Positions 26,771 to 36,128 of a DNA stretch of 44,755 nucleotides are shown here, in pieces. The stretch is from Candidatus Thalassarchaeaceae archaeon (GTDB lineage: Archaea > Thermoplasmatota > Poseidoniia > Poseidoniales > Thalassarchaeaceae): contig JAQXEV010000006.1 in NCBI GenBank assembly GCA_029250665.1, positions 1 to 44,755 on the forward strand, read 5' to 3'. The first letter of the stretch is position 1, and each line of letters begins with the position of its first letter. The notes beneath the pieces are model-generated. The model worked only from the letters and a program-made list of their open reading frames with translations, was not told the DNA's origin and made no database searches. Position numbers and translations under genes: made by a program.

Positions 26771-29431
26771 TCAGCGATTACGAAGACGCTCACCGGAGCG
26801 AAATGTCCGCCAGATTTCGCGGACTTGGGTTTCTGTAATTCCTTCGACTTGACGTAGTTCATCTTCGTCTGCCCAGACTAGACCTGCGATGGTTCCGAAT
26901 CGGTTGAGTAGACGGGTTGCGAGGTCTTCGTCGACGCTGGGAATAGCGACGAGCAGGGTGATTGCGCCTGTGCGCTCGTCGTCTTCACTGCCGCGGAGTT
27001 GGCGGGCAGCGGCAGCGGCTTGGGTTACGGGATCAGTCCAGAATTCTGGTTTGACCGCCTCTAACCTATCTCGCGCGTGAGGAGTAAGTCCGTCAAGCAT
27101 CGATTCTTCGCGGCGCGATGCGACCGTGAGGAATCTGGCTGTTTCTGCCCCATCTTTCGTAGTGACCACAGGGATTCCGAAGTCGAGTGCGAGAGTAGTG
27201 AGTGCTCCCATCAGTGCGTGGGGGTGGACTCTGGGGGAGCGGAACAGTCCTTCTCCCTCGATTAGTAGCAGACTTCTGGGGGCTGCTCCGACTAGTCTGC
27301 TCGCTTGTTCGAGGAGCCTGCCGTCGACGAGTGAGTCGACGAAGTCTCTGACAGTTTTCCGCTCAACTAGGATTCGCTCGCCGATACGAAAGTCACCCGT
27401 CTCGAGACGGTCGATTCGGACCTCAGTCCCTAATGCCTTCAATCGTGCCACTACGGCGCTGTTGAGTTCTCTATCATCGGCTGTAACCGTTGCTCCGGGG
27501 ACATCGGGTAGGCTATCTTCAAGGTCGATTAAATCTTGTGCGGCTGAGACTGGGTGTTTTGTCTCTTCAGGAGGCTTTGGATAGCTCTTACTTGGTGGGT
27601 TGGAAGGGCTTGATTCTTTTTCGCGTATGTGGGGTGTTTGTCCTCCCGCTGTTTTCTGCTTCTTTAGGACAACATCCTCACGCTGTGCTGGGAAATTTTC
27701 GAGACCGGTTTGCCCCCTCGGTCTGAATGTGGATGGGGGGATTATTCGAGGCTCTGCTGCAGTCTCTGTGGTCTCAGGCTGCTGCTGCTCACTGAGTTCC
27801 GGGCGATGTGCCTCTCGTATGCTTCGGACAAACTCAGCAGCAGGAGTTATTTCGTCTTCGATTATTACTCGGAACTGAGCCAAATTTGAGAGATCAAGAT
27901 GGCCACTACGAGCCAATTTTCTTCGAACTCTGCCGACTGCTCGGTACATGTTTTCTTCACGTCGAAGGGCGGCTGCACGCGCTCCTTCATCACGAGTATC
28001 TTCGGCTATCAAGACGACAACATCTCCATCGCGATGACGGCCGGTTCGACCCCGGCGCTGGATATTACGAATTTCGCTAGGTACCGGCTCGTAGAATATC
28101 ACGAGATCGGCACTAGGAATGTCAAGTCCTTCCTCGCCGACGCTCGTAGCAATCAGTATGTTTCCTTCGCCCGAGCGGAACGATTCGATGCGACTGACCT
28201 GCTGCTTTGGTGTCAGGCCTTTCCCACTTCCTCGCTTGCTTTGGCCGATGAATTGGATTGGCTTGGCACCTTCGAGGTTCTCCAATGCTGTATCTAGGGC
28301 TGTCACTGAATCTCTGAAGGTCGCGAAGACGATGATTCGGGATTCGGGGTCGCGGCGCAGCCTTTCTCTTACTAGTCGCCGGACTGCGCCGACCTTACTG
28401 TGAATCTCGCCGATTTCAGCGAGGCTCGCTCGTAGGTCTCTGACTCGCGGGTCACGGAGAAGATTGCGCGTGTTCTTCTTCTCTGAGTCCGCACCGCTCT
28501 CCTTTCGGTCGAGGAATTCTCGAGCGGCAGCGGTACCTTGGCAGAGAAGGTGGTTGATCAAGTGGTGAAGGGACATCGCCAATCCGATTCTGCTCATCGA
28601 TCCGTAGGCGTCCGACTCCCCTCTGCGAATCGCGACATTCGCTCTCTCCATCGCATTGGCAAGTCCAGAATGAGAGGCAGGCCCTGGCAGGACATATCTG
28701 CCGAGCCGACGCTCTCGGTCGACGATACTCTCCTGCCAACGAACGAAAGGCTCCGCAAGTTCTCGAATTTCGTTCGGAACTTTGACTCGTAATTCCTCAA
28801 TATCGAGATTTGCGAGGTGTTCTGTGAGCATCTCATCGCTTGAACTACGCATGTGGATTCGCTCTACTGCAAGCCTCTGACAAATTTCTTCGACTTTCTC
28901 AGTCTTCGATCCCGGGCTCGCAGTCATCCCAAGAATCAGTGGATCAGCAGCGATCCCGAGATAGAGATCGGCAACTTGTGCTTCGCCACGTTGCCCTGTC
29001 GCGTGATGCGCCTCGTCAATTACCAATACACAACAGTCGTTCAGATCCAACACACCCCTAGTCACATCGTTACGAACCACTTGAGGTGTTGAGACGATGA
29101 GGCGACTCTTCTGCCACATTCCGTCTCGCTTCGATGCAGGTATCGCTCCGCTCATTGCGATAGGTTCGATTGTTTCGTCCTTGAACACAGCTTGCAAATC
29201 ATCGAGATGTTGCTTCACAAGAGCTACTGTCGGCGCGATCATCAGCGCCCAGCCATCAGAGCGCTGTAGCATTTCGGCCATAACCATCCAAGCAACGGCG
29301 GTCTTTCCTGCCGCTGTCGGGAGCACAAGAAGGGTCGAACCAGACAGCGCTACATCGACTGCCTCTAGTTGATACGCTCGGGCTTCAATGACCTCGTCAC
29401 GAAGCCCATCATGCTGTAGCCTCGCGCTCAT
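26771..29431 (-). CDS. hef: Hef helicase-nuclease (FANCM/XPF homolog)
   Basis: RAYQ, LPTAAGKT, IDEAHH, TASPG, EEGLDIP, QRRGRTGR; ERCC4 nuclease GDF...VERKT; C-terminal HhH motifs. Confidence 0.95.
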   Translation of the reverse strand: MSARLQHDGLRDEVIEARAYQLEAVDVALSGSTLLVLPTAAGKTAVAWMVMAEMLQRSDGWALMIAPTVALVKQHLDDLQAVFKDETIEPIAMSGAIPASKRDGMWQKSRLIVSTPQVVRNDVTRGVLDLNDCCVLVIDEAHHATGQRGEAQVADLYLGIAADPLILGMTASPGSKTEKVEEICQRLAVERIHMRSSSDEMLTEHLANLDIEELRVKVPNEIRELAEPFVRWQESIVDRERRLGRYVLPGPASHSGLANAMERANVAIRRGESDAYGSMSRIGLAMSLHHLINHLLCQGTAAAREFLDRKESGADSEKKNTRNLLRDPRVRDLRASLAEIGEIHSKVGAVRRLVRERLRRDPESRIIVFATFRDSVTALDTALENLEGAKPIQFIGQSKRGSGKGLTPKQQVSRIESFRSGEGNILIATSVGEEGLDIPSADLVIFYEPVPSEIRNIQRRGRTGRHRDGDVVVLIAEDTRDEGARAAALRREENMYRAVGRVRRKLARSGHLDLSNLAQFRVIIEDEITPAAEFVRSIREAHRPELSEQQQPETTETAAEPRIIPPSTFRPRGQTGLENFPAQREDVVLKKQKTAGGQTPHIREKESSPSNPPSKSYPKPPEETKHPVSAAQDLIDLEDSLPDVPGATVTADDRELNSAVVARLKALGTEVRIDRLETGDFRIGERILVERKTVRDFVDSLVDGRLLEQASRLVGAAPRSLLLIEGEGLFRSPRVHPHALMGALTTLALDFGIPVVTTKDGAETARFLTVASRREESMLDGLTPHARDRLEAVKPEFWTDPVTQAAAAARQLRGSEDDERTGAITLLVAIPSVDEDLATRLLNRFGTIAGLVWADEDELRQVEGITETQVREIWRTFRSGERLRNR

Positions 29432-29509
29432 GGGCCAATCGATTCGAAGTCAGGGTTCTAAATCGTTGCACTGACCCCATGGTTCACTTACACCCCTTGG
29501 GGGTGCAAA

Positions 29510-29724
29510 CGGGCCCTGCCCGATTCGTTCATATAGGGCACGGAAGTCGCAAGGCCGCTCACTACGTGAGGTACCAGACACCACAGGGCTCTGCTCAAGT
29601 ATCCCGGACTGCCGATCTCCAATCGGAAATCGGCTTTCGGTGTCACGGTTCCTCCCTAACGTGGTGGCCCGGTTCGAATCCGCTTCGGCGGCAAACTTTC
29701 CGGTAAATACTGGAGGACATACAA
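29510..29724 (+). ncRNA. Putative structured 5' leader RNA of the rpl3 (S10-spc) operon
   Basis: Several nested helices, a C(UUCG)G hairpin, a GCAA tetraloop and an SD-sequestering hairpin; see findings. Confidence 0.55.
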
Positions 29725-30801
29725 ATGGCTGACCGACATAACCCCAAGAGGGGTAGCATGGGCTTTAGCCCTCGAAAGAGGGCGATTCGACCTTATGGAA
29801 GGATTACTTCCTGGCCCGAGACGGAATCAAGTGAGATTCGTATTCAGGGATTCGCTGGTTGGAAGGCTGGCATGACTCACGTTCTAATGCGGGACACCAA
29901 CCCTACCTCCACCTCCGCCGGTCAAGAGGTACGCAAGGCAGTCACCGTCGTAGAGGTTCCTCCAATGAAGGTCTTAGCCGTCCGCGGCTACCACATGACT
30001 CCCTATGGAATGCAGACTGCTGGTGAGGTTTGGGCTGACTCTACTGCTAGCCCAGATGGTCTTCACCCGCGCTTCGCTAACCAGACTCGTGGCGAGCGAG
30101 ATGCAGAGGAAGGACGCAAGCCAGCGAAGCGCGCTGGACGTCTTCCAAACCGTGATGGCGAGACCAATGATGATTCCTTTGAAGCCCTCTCTAACTCGAA
30201 CCTTTGTGAGGTTCGCCTCATTGTCGCTACCCAACCTTCGATGGTAAAGAGCGTTCCATCCAAGACACCCGAAATCATGGAGGTCGGTCTTGTTGGCGGA
30301 GGTAACGATGCCAAGCTTGAGTGGGCAAAAGAGCGACTCGGTGGCGAGGTTACCGTTGCAGATGTATATGCCTCTGGTCAGGAGATTGACGTAGTCGGTA
30401 TCACCAAGGGTAAAGGATTCCAAGGTGTAATCAAGCGATTCGGCGTCAAGCTTCTGAGCCACAAGAACTCGAAGAGGCGCCGACAGATCGGTAACATGGG
30501 TGACTTCGGAACAGGTTACGTCCGCAAGACAATCCGCCAAGCCGGTCAGATGGGATACCATCAGCGAACCGAGCTCAACAAGCGTGTTCTTCGTATCTCC
30601 AACCCCGATGAGTCTGATGTGACTCCAGCCGGTGGCTTCCTCCATTACGGAGAGGTCACCAATCCATACATGATTATCCAAGGCAGTCTGCCAGGTCCTG
30701 CGAAGCGCCTCTTGCGCTTCCGTGACCCGGTTCGCCCGAAGTCGAAACTGCACGAGGTCGATTTGACCTATGTCAGTACCTCGAGCAAGCAGGGAGTGTG
30801 A
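29725..30801 (+). CDS. rpl3: 50S ribosomal protein L3 (uL3)
   Basis: PKRGSMGFSPRKRA, GWKAGMTH, TKGKGFQGVIKRFG, AGQMGYHQRTE. Confidence 0.98.
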   Translation: MADRHNPKRGSMGFSPRKRAIRPYGRITSWPETESSEIRIQGFAGWKAGMTHVLMRDTNPTSTSAGQEVRKAVTVVEVPPMKVLAVRGYHMTPYGMQTAGEVWADSTASPDGLHPRFANQTRGERDAEEGRKPAKRAGRLPNRDGETNDDSFEALSNSNLCEVRLIVATQPSMVKSVPSKTPEIMEVGLVGGGNDAKLEWAKERLGGEVTVADVYASGQEIDVVGITKGKGFQGVIKRFGVKLLSHKNSKRRRQIGNMGDFGTGYVRKTIRQAGQMGYHQRTELNKRVLRISNPDESDVTPAGGFLHYGEVTNPYMIIQGSLPGPAKRLLRFRDPVRPKSKLHEVDLTYVSTSSKQGV

Positions 30802-30805
30802 TTAG

Positions 30806-31684
30806 ATGAAGACAAAGTCGTACAATCTGGTTAACACCGTCGAGCAAGAAGAGATGGACGCAGGTCTGCTCGCCGAGATCTACGAGGTCGAGGCGAAGGA
30901 TGGCAAGTCTTTCACCCTTCCAGATGTTTTCGAATCCGAAATCCGAGAGGATCTGATTCGTCGAGCCGTGCTCGCGAGTCGAGCTAACCGTCGTCAGGCC
31001 TACGGCCACCGCGAGCACGATGGAAAGCGCAAGCCACAACCTGGAATGAAGCACTCCGTCGAATGGTGGGGCAAGGGTCGAGGTGTCTCGCGTATCATGC
31101 GTAAGGCTGGACAGCGCACAGGTGCTCAGAACCCACACACACGCGGCGGACGCCGCGCTCATGGACCGATGGTCGCTAAGGACTGGTCACAGAAGATCAA
31201 CAGCAAGGAAAACGGCGTCGCTCGTAATTCCGCTATCGCTGCAACCGCTGACGCCGATATGGTCGCGGCCCGCGGCCACCGATTCGGTGATGGCGTCCGC
31301 TTCCCAATCGTCATCGATGGATATGTCGAGAGCCGAGATGGTGGCGACGAGAAGTATGATGTCGAGAATCTACCTCTACAGTATTCGACCCGCAAGTTCG
31401 TCGCTATGATGGACGGGCTCGGACTCGGTGATGACCTCGAGCGCGCTCGTACTGGCCGTGGCATCCGTGCCGGCAAGGGTACTATGCGTGGCCGCAAGTA
31501 TCGCACTCCGAAGAGCATCCTTCTAGTGGTCGCTCAGACCGATGGTCTCGCGAAGGCTGCTCGTAACATACCTGGCGTCGACGTTGTCGCCGCCAAGGAC
31601 CTCTCTGCAGAAGATCTCGCACCCGGCGGAGACGCTGGAAGACTCACCGTCTGGACTAAGGCGGCGATAGGAGCGCTGGAGTGA
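30806..31684 (+). CDS. rpl4: 50S ribosomal protein L4 (uL4)
   Basis: LPDVF..IREDLI, WGKGRGVSR, GGRRAHGP, RAGKGTMRGR, LAPGGDAGRLTVWT. Confidence 0.97.
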   Translation: MKTKSYNLVNTVEQEEMDAGLLAEIYEVEAKDGKSFTLPDVFESEIREDLIRRAVLASRANRRQAYGHREHDGKRKPQPGMKHSVEWWGKGRGVSRIMRKAGQRTGAQNPHTRGGRRAHGPMVAKDWSQKINSKENGVARNSAIAATADADMVAARGHRFGDGVRFPIVIDGYVESRDGGDEKYDVENLPLQYSTRKFVAMMDGLGLGDDLERARTGRGIRAGKGTMRGRKYRTPKSILLVVAQTDGLAKAARNIPGVDVVAAKDLSAEDLAPGGDAGRLTVWTKAAIGALE

Positions 31685-31689
31685 TTCCC

Positions 31690-31980
31690 ATGACTGACCC
31701 ATACAGTATCATTCAGATGCCTTGGATCACTGAGAAGACTCTCGAGGCTCGCCGTGTCTCAAACGAAGACGGTAGTTACCGTGAGAACAACAACAGGATC
31801 GAGTTCATCGTTCGCCGCGAGGCAACAAAGGCTCAGATTAAGGCGGCTGTCGAGGAACTCCTCGACGTTCAGGTCGCCAAAGTCAACACGAAGATCACAA
31901 TCACCGGTAAGCACGCCTCAGTGCGGCTTGCCGACGGCTACGATGCGGAGGATGCAGCGCTCAAGCTCGGAGCGTTCTGA
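31690..31980 (+). CDS. rpl23: 50S ribosomal protein L23 (uL23)
   Basis: PWITEK, NRIEFIV..ATKAQIK.AVE..V.VAKVNT; operon position. Confidence 0.95.
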   Translation: MTDPYSIIQMPWITEKTLEARRVSNEDGSYRENNNRIEFIVRREATKAQIKAAVEELLDVQVAKVNTKITITGKHASVRLADGYDAEDAALKLGAF

Positions 31981-31992
31981 TGAGGTGATATC

Positions 31993-32709
31993 ATGGGTAA
32001 GCGAACACGTTCACAACGCCGCGGATCGAGTCCAAAGAACAGGGTCTCGAGCCACCGGTTCCCAGCAGCTAACCGCCTTCCGCGTGTTAGCGAGAAGATG
32101 GGCGAGGTCACCGACCTCGTGCATAGTGCGGCTCACACCGCTCCTCTCGCGCGCGTGAAATTTGAAGACGGCACAACCGCTCACATTGCCGCACCCGAGG
32201 GAATCTCCGTCGGTCAAGAATTGGCCTTTGGTGACAATGTCAGCCTACGGCCGGGCAATGTTACGAAGCTCTCGGAGATTCCTGAAGGAACTCCAATCTG
32301 TAATGTAGAGTCACGCCCAGGAGATGGCGGAAAGTTTGCTCGCTCCGGCGGCAACTCCGCGACTCTTGAGACCCGCATGGGTGAGAAGGTCCGCGTCCGT
32401 CTACCAAGTGGGTCACTGAAGGATCTACCAGCAACTTGCCGAGCCACCATCGGTGTGCTCGGCGGCCACGGCCGCACCGAGAAGCCTCTGATGAAGGCCG
32501 GTGCAGCACACTACCGCGCTAAGGCGCGAGGAAAGCTCTACCCAACCGTCAGCGGTGTCGCGATGAACCCTGTCGATCACCCCCACGGTGGTGGAAACCA
32601 CCAGGCGGTCCACGGACCGAACTCTGTGAGTCGCAATGCGCCTCCGGGCCAGAAGGTTGGACACATCGCTCCGCGCCGAACTGGGCGCGGAAGGACGAGG
32701 GAGCAGTGA
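31993..32709 (+). CDS. rpl2: 50S ribosomal protein L2 (uL2)
   Basis: PGDGGKFARSGG, GVAMNPVDHPHGGG, PPGQKVGHIA. Confidence 0.98.
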   Translation: MGKRTRSQRRGSSPKNRVSSHRFPAANRLPRVSEKMGEVTDLVHSAAHTAPLARVKFEDGTTAHIAAPEGISVGQELAFGDNVSLRPGNVTKLSEIPEGTPICNVESRPGDGGKFARSGGNSATLETRMGEKVRVRLPSGSLKDLPATCRATIGVLGGHGRTEKPLMKAGAAHYRAKARGKLYPTVSGVAMNPVDHPHGGGNHQAVHGPNSVSRNAPPGQKVGHIAPRRTGRGRTREQ

Positions 32710-32719
32710 GGTGTGAGTT

Positions 32720-33220
32720 ATGGCACGTAAATCAAAGAAAATGTTCCGCTCTCCAAAGCTCGCTCGCCGTCAGGCTCGCAAGCGTCGCTCAACAATCGCT
32801 GAGCGCCGCAAGAAGCAGTTCCTTTGGCGCGGTATGACGATGGAGGAGCTAATTGCTCTTCCACTCTATCCTCCAGAGGACGAACCCGATGCTCCATGCA
32901 TCGCTACTCTCATGCCTTCGCGCGCGAAGAGATCTCTGTCCCGCGGATTGTCTGAGGAATCTGAGAAGTTCCTTGAGAAGGTTCGCGAGCACGGCGGCTC
33001 AAAGATGGTCAAGACCCATTGCCGCAGTATGTACATTCTACCAGAAATGGTTGGCACTACAATTGGAGTCCACAACGGCCGTGACTTCGTCAAGGTCGAA
33101 GTGATTCCAGAGATGATTGGACACGCATTAGGAGAATTTGCTCCAACTCGCCGCTCAGTTACGCACACCGGACCTGGTGTGGGTGCTACCCGGTCGAGTA
33201 AGCACGTGGCATTGAAGTGA
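32720..33220 (+). CDS. rps19: 30S ribosomal protein S19 (uS19)
   Basis: [44 protein letters not shown]. Confidence 0.97.
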   Translation: MARKSKKMFRSPKLARRQARKRRSTIAERRKKQFLWRGMTMEELIALPLYPPEDEPDAPCIATLMPSRAKRSLSRGLSEESEKFLEKVREHGGSKMVKTHCRSMYILPEMVGTTIGVHNGRDFVKVEVIPEMIGHALGEFAPTRRSVTHTGPGVGATRSSKHVALK

Positions 33221-33229
33221 GGTGAGAAG

Positions 33230-33754
33230 ATGAGTAGAAATTCAGGAAAACCACAATCCGGATACACCCAGTTACTTGAGGGTTCGAACCTTGCTACAGC
33301 TCGCTCGGTAAATGTGGACATGCACCACAAGCACTGCTACCAAATCGCCAAGTTCATTCGTGGAATGAACGCAATGGACGCAATCGAGTACCTCGAGAAG
33401 GTCATGGAAAAGAAGGAAGCAATTCCTTACACTCGCCGCTCCCGAAAGGGCAGGGGTGGAAACACCATGGCTGGTCACCGAAAGGGCAAGATGGGCCCTG
33501 GTCGCTATCCATACAAGGCCTCTATCGAGTTCATCAAGCTGATCAACAGCGCGATGGAAAATGCTCGCCAGCGCTACGATACCATCGACGCTGAGGACAT
33601 GGTTATCACTCACTGCGCCGCACACCGTGGCCAAGTTCACAGCGGTTGGAGGCCACGTGCGCAGGGTCGCGCAACGCCGAAGAACCACTACCAAGTGAAC
33701 CTCGAGATTTTCCTTGAGCACTTTGGCGATGAAGAGGAAGAGGACGAATTCTGA
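33230..33754 (+). CDS. rpl22: 50S ribosomal protein L22 (uL22)
   Basis: GHRKG..GRYP.KA, PRAQGRATP. Confidence 0.96.
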   Translation: MSRNSGKPQSGYTQLLEGSNLATARSVNVDMHHKHCYQIAKFIRGMNAMDAIEYLEKVMEKKEAIPYTRRSRKGRGGNTMAGHRKGKMGPGRYPYKASIEFIKLINSAMENARQRYDTIDAEDMVITHCAAHRGQVHSGWRPRAQGRATPKNHYQVNLEIFLEHFGDEEEEDEF

Positions 33755-33761
33755 GGTGATT

Positions 33762-34619
33762 ATGATGAACAAGACAAACACCATTCATAATATCATCAAC
33801 CGCAATATCGAGCGCCAGCTCGTGCGCGAGTACCTATTGAAGGAGACTGAGCGCGCTGGATTCGGCGGCCTTGAGTTCAACCGAACTCCTGAGGGGACCA
33901 AGGTCACATTGTCGGCTGAGCAAGTCGGTCGTGTCATCGGTCGCCGTGGGAAAATCATCCACGAATTGCAGCGCCGTCTGCAGAATGACTTCAATCTCGA
34001 GAAGCCTCGTCTCGAAGTCAACGAAATCGAAGAGCCTCGCCTGAACGCTCAGGTCATGGCCAGCCGTCTGGCATCTTCCCTAGAGCGCGGCTGGTTCTTC
34101 CGCCGTGCTGGTCACAGCACCTCGCAGAACATCATGGATGCTGGTGCTCGCGGCTGTCTAATCATTCTCTCAGGGAAGATTTCTGGCGCTCGCCACCGAG
34201 TCCAGAAGTTCCAGAAGGGTCACATCAAGTTCTGTGGTGAGACTGCACTCGAATTCATGGACGGAGGCTTCGCGACCGCAGTCAAGAAGCTCGGTACAAT
34301 CGGTTGCACAGTCCGAATCATGCGACCTGGTGTGCGTCTCCCACACGAAATCGACATCGTTCCTCGTGAAGAGTCCGGACTCGGACCAATCGAGGAAGTC
34401 TCAATGCTAGAGATTCCAGATGATGTCGAAGAGACTCCTGTAGTCGACGAGACCGCAGCAGCTGACACCGAAGAGGTCGTCGACAGCGTGGTCGAGAAGA
34501 TTGCTGAGATAGAAGCAGAGGCTGCGGAGGAAGTATCCGAAGAAGCAGTTGAGGCACCATCGGATTCTGTAGACGAAGCCACCGACGAATCAAGCGAAGA
34601 ATCTGAGGGGGGTGAGTGA
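33762..34619 (+). CDS. rps3: 30S ribosomal protein S3 (uS3)
   Basis: RAGFGG, GRVIGRRGK KH motif, LERGWFFRRAG; acidic tail; GAGGTGA SD before ATG 33762. Confidence 0.97.
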   Translation: MMNKTNTIHNIINRNIERQLVREYLLKETERAGFGGLEFNRTPEGTKVTLSAEQVGRVIGRRGKIIHELQRRLQNDFNLEKPRLEVNEIEEPRLNAQVMASRLASSLERGWFFRRAGHSTSQNIMDAGARGCLIILSGKISGARHRVQKFQKGHIKFCGETALEFMDGGFATAVKKLGTIGCTVRIMRPGVRLPHEIDIVPREESGLGPIEEVSMLEIPDDVEETPVVDETAAADTEEVVDSVVEKIAEIEAEAAEEVSEEAVEAPSDSVDEATDESSEESEGGE

Positions 34620-34621
34620 TT

Positions 34622-34825
34622 ATGGCTCACATCAAGTCAAGAGATCTAGACCAGATGACTCCTGAGCAGCGCGAGCGTCGTCTCTTAGAACTCAAGGAAG
34701 AACTCCTCCAACTCCGCGCTCAACAAGCGCTCGGAGGTTCCTCTTCCAATGCAGGCGCCTACAAGCAAACGCGAAGGAGTATCGCCCGTCTTCTAACCAA
34801 GATGGCCGAGGAGAATAAGGAGTAG
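34622..34825 (+). CDS. rpl29: 50S ribosomal protein L29 (uL29)
   Basis: LLELKEELLQLR, RRSIARLLT; operon position. Confidence 0.95.
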   Translation: MAHIKSRDLDQMTPEQRERRLLELKEELLQLRAQQALGGSSSNAGAYKQTRRSIARLLTKMAEENKE

Positions 34826-34831
34826 ACTTGA

Positions 34832-35131
34832 ATGGCTGGCATCTGTAATCTGTGTGGTCTACCGGACGAATTGTGCATTTGCCAAGAAATAGCTAAAGAA
34901 CAACAGAAAGCAATCATTTCAACAGTTAGAAGGAGATATGGAAAAATGGTAACGATGGTAGAGGGAATCGACGATTCCGCAATCGACATCGGCAAGCTTG
35001 CGAAGCTGCTCAAGGGCGCTTGCGCCAGTGGCGGAACCGTCAAGGGACGCACCATTGAACTCCAAGGCGACCACAAGAAGCGTGTCGCCAAGGTCCTACA
35101 ACAGAACGGATACCAAGTGGAGGTGCGCTGA
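34832..35131 (+). CDS. sui1: Translation initiation factor aIF1/SUI1
   Basis: CNLCGLPDELCIC, RRYGKMVT, ACASGGTVK..IELQGDH. Confidence 0.96.
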   Translation: MAGICNLCGLPDELCICQEIAKEQQKAIISTVRRRYGKMVTMVEGIDDSAIDIGKLAKLLKGACASGGTVKGRTIELQGDHKKRVAKVLQQNGYQVEVR

Positions 35132-35389
35132 ATGAGTATCTACCACGCACCTTGGCTCGCTCGCGACATCAGTGTCGTAGAGAGCCACGATCCGACTTTG
35201 GTCGGAGTCACTGGAATGGTCGTCGAAGAAACTCGCAGGACGCTACGCGTCCGCACAATCTCGGGCGAGGTAACACTGCCCAAGAACGTCATCACATTCA
35301 CCATCGATTCGGGAGAGGTAGTTATCGACGGCTCAGCCGTCACCCAACGGCCCGAGGATCGCATCAACCGAAGATACAGGAGGAACTGA
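35132..35389 (+). CDS. rnp1: Ribonuclease P protein component 1 (Rpp29/Pop4)
   Basis: S.DPTLVG..G.VVEET, PK...F, IDG....RPEDRI; canonical position between sui1 and rps17. Confidence 0.92.
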   Translation: MSIYHAPWLARDISVVESHDPTLVGVTGMVVEETRRTLRVRTISGEVTLPKNVITFTIDSGEVVIDGSAVTQRPEDRINRRYRRN

Positions 35390-35390
35390 A

Positions 35391-35723
35391 ATGAAAGATA
35401 TCGGAGTAGACGTCCGCTCGCCAGAGGCGGAATGGGATGGAGACGAGAACTGCCCATTCTATGGTAGCCTGAGGCTAAGAGGACAGATTATCGAGGGCAC
35501 AGTATCCTCGGTTGGAATGAGCAATTCAATCATCGTACAGCGCGAGGTAACTCGCTACATGAAGAAGTACGAGCGCTATGAGAAGCGCACTCGCCGCTAT
35601 GCAGCACACCTGCCTTCGTGCATTGGTGAAGTTGCCAGCGGAGACAATGTCCGCATCATGGAATGCCGACCGCTCTCCAAGACGGTCAAGTTCTGCGTCA
35701 TTGAGAAGGGGGCTGACGAATGA
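35391..35723 (+). CDS. rps17: 30S ribosomal protein S17 (uS17)
   Basis: NCPFYGSLRLRG, KYERYEKR, ECRPLSKT. Confidence 0.97.
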   Translation: MKDIGVDVRSPEAEWDGDENCPFYGSLRLRGQIIEGTVSSVGMSNSIIVQREVTRYMKKYERYEKRTRRYAAHLPSCIGEVASGDNVRIMECRPLSKTVKFCVIEKGADE

Positions 35724-36118
35724 GGGGAGTCGCTGGTCGTTCGACTGCTGGCCTACCCAGCATGGCAAAGATGGACTGCGTCGACAATACTGGCGCTAAG
35801 GTTGTGCAGCTGATTACCGTCCTCAAGAAGGGCGGTGTAGCTCGCCGATACCCTGCTGGTGGCGTTGGCGACATGATTCGTGTCACAGTTCGCCGCGGGA
35901 CTCCAGAGACCCGCCGTCAGATCTTCAATGCGGTAATCGTGCGCCAGAGGCGCCCGTTCCGTCGTGTCGATGGAACCTGGGTTCAATTCGAGGACAACGC
36001 CTGCGTCATCACCAACGAGCGTGGTGACGTGAAGGGGTCCGACATCAAGGGGCCGGTTAGCCGCGAGGCGGCTGAGCGTTGGCCTCGTATCGCCGCAACG
36101 GCGAAGCAGATAGTGTGA
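35720..36118 (+). CDS. rpl14: 50S ribosomal protein L14 (uL14)
   Basis: CVDNTGAK, AVIVRQR, FEDNACV, KGPVSREAAERWP. Confidence 0.98.
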   Translation: MRGVAGRSTAGLPSMAKMDCVDNTGAKVVQLITVLKKGGVARRYPAGGVGDMIRVTVRRGTPETRRQIFNAVIVRQRRPFRRVDGTWVQFEDNACVITNERGDVKGSDIKGPVSREAAERWPRIAATAKQIV

Positions 36119-36128
36119 GGTGTGAAAG

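Noticed and set aside
29666-29691. GGTTCGAATCC resembles a tRNA T-loop
   Set aside because: Only 3 bp of T-stem and no matching acceptor, D or anticodon arms; the downstream bases form a C(UUCG)G hairpin instead. Treated as part of the rpl3 leader.
29479-29706. 75-aa ORF upstream of rpl3
   Set aside because: No SD, no recognisable motif, and it starts upstream of the probable promoter; the region is better explained as structured RNA.
29510-29724. Leader as SRP RNA or RNase P RNA
   Set aside because: No SRP helix 8 motif and no RNase P P4 consensus segments found on either strand by eye.
29974-30753. 259-aa antisense ORF in rpl3 and other long antisense or alternate-frame ORFs in the ribosomal operon and surface protein gene
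   Set aside because: Shadow ORFs expected from biased codon usage; they fully overlap well-supported genes and show no motifs.
33714-33761. N-terminal extension of uS3 in the ORF track
   Set aside because: It overlaps the end of rpl22; the GAGGTGA SD indicates the real start at 33762 or 33765.
34860-34965. Local A-rich stretch with AGA/AGG codons in sui1 as a sign of foreign DNA
   Set aside because: sui1 is in its canonical operon position; weaker codon optimisation of a lower-expressed gene is a sufficient explanation.
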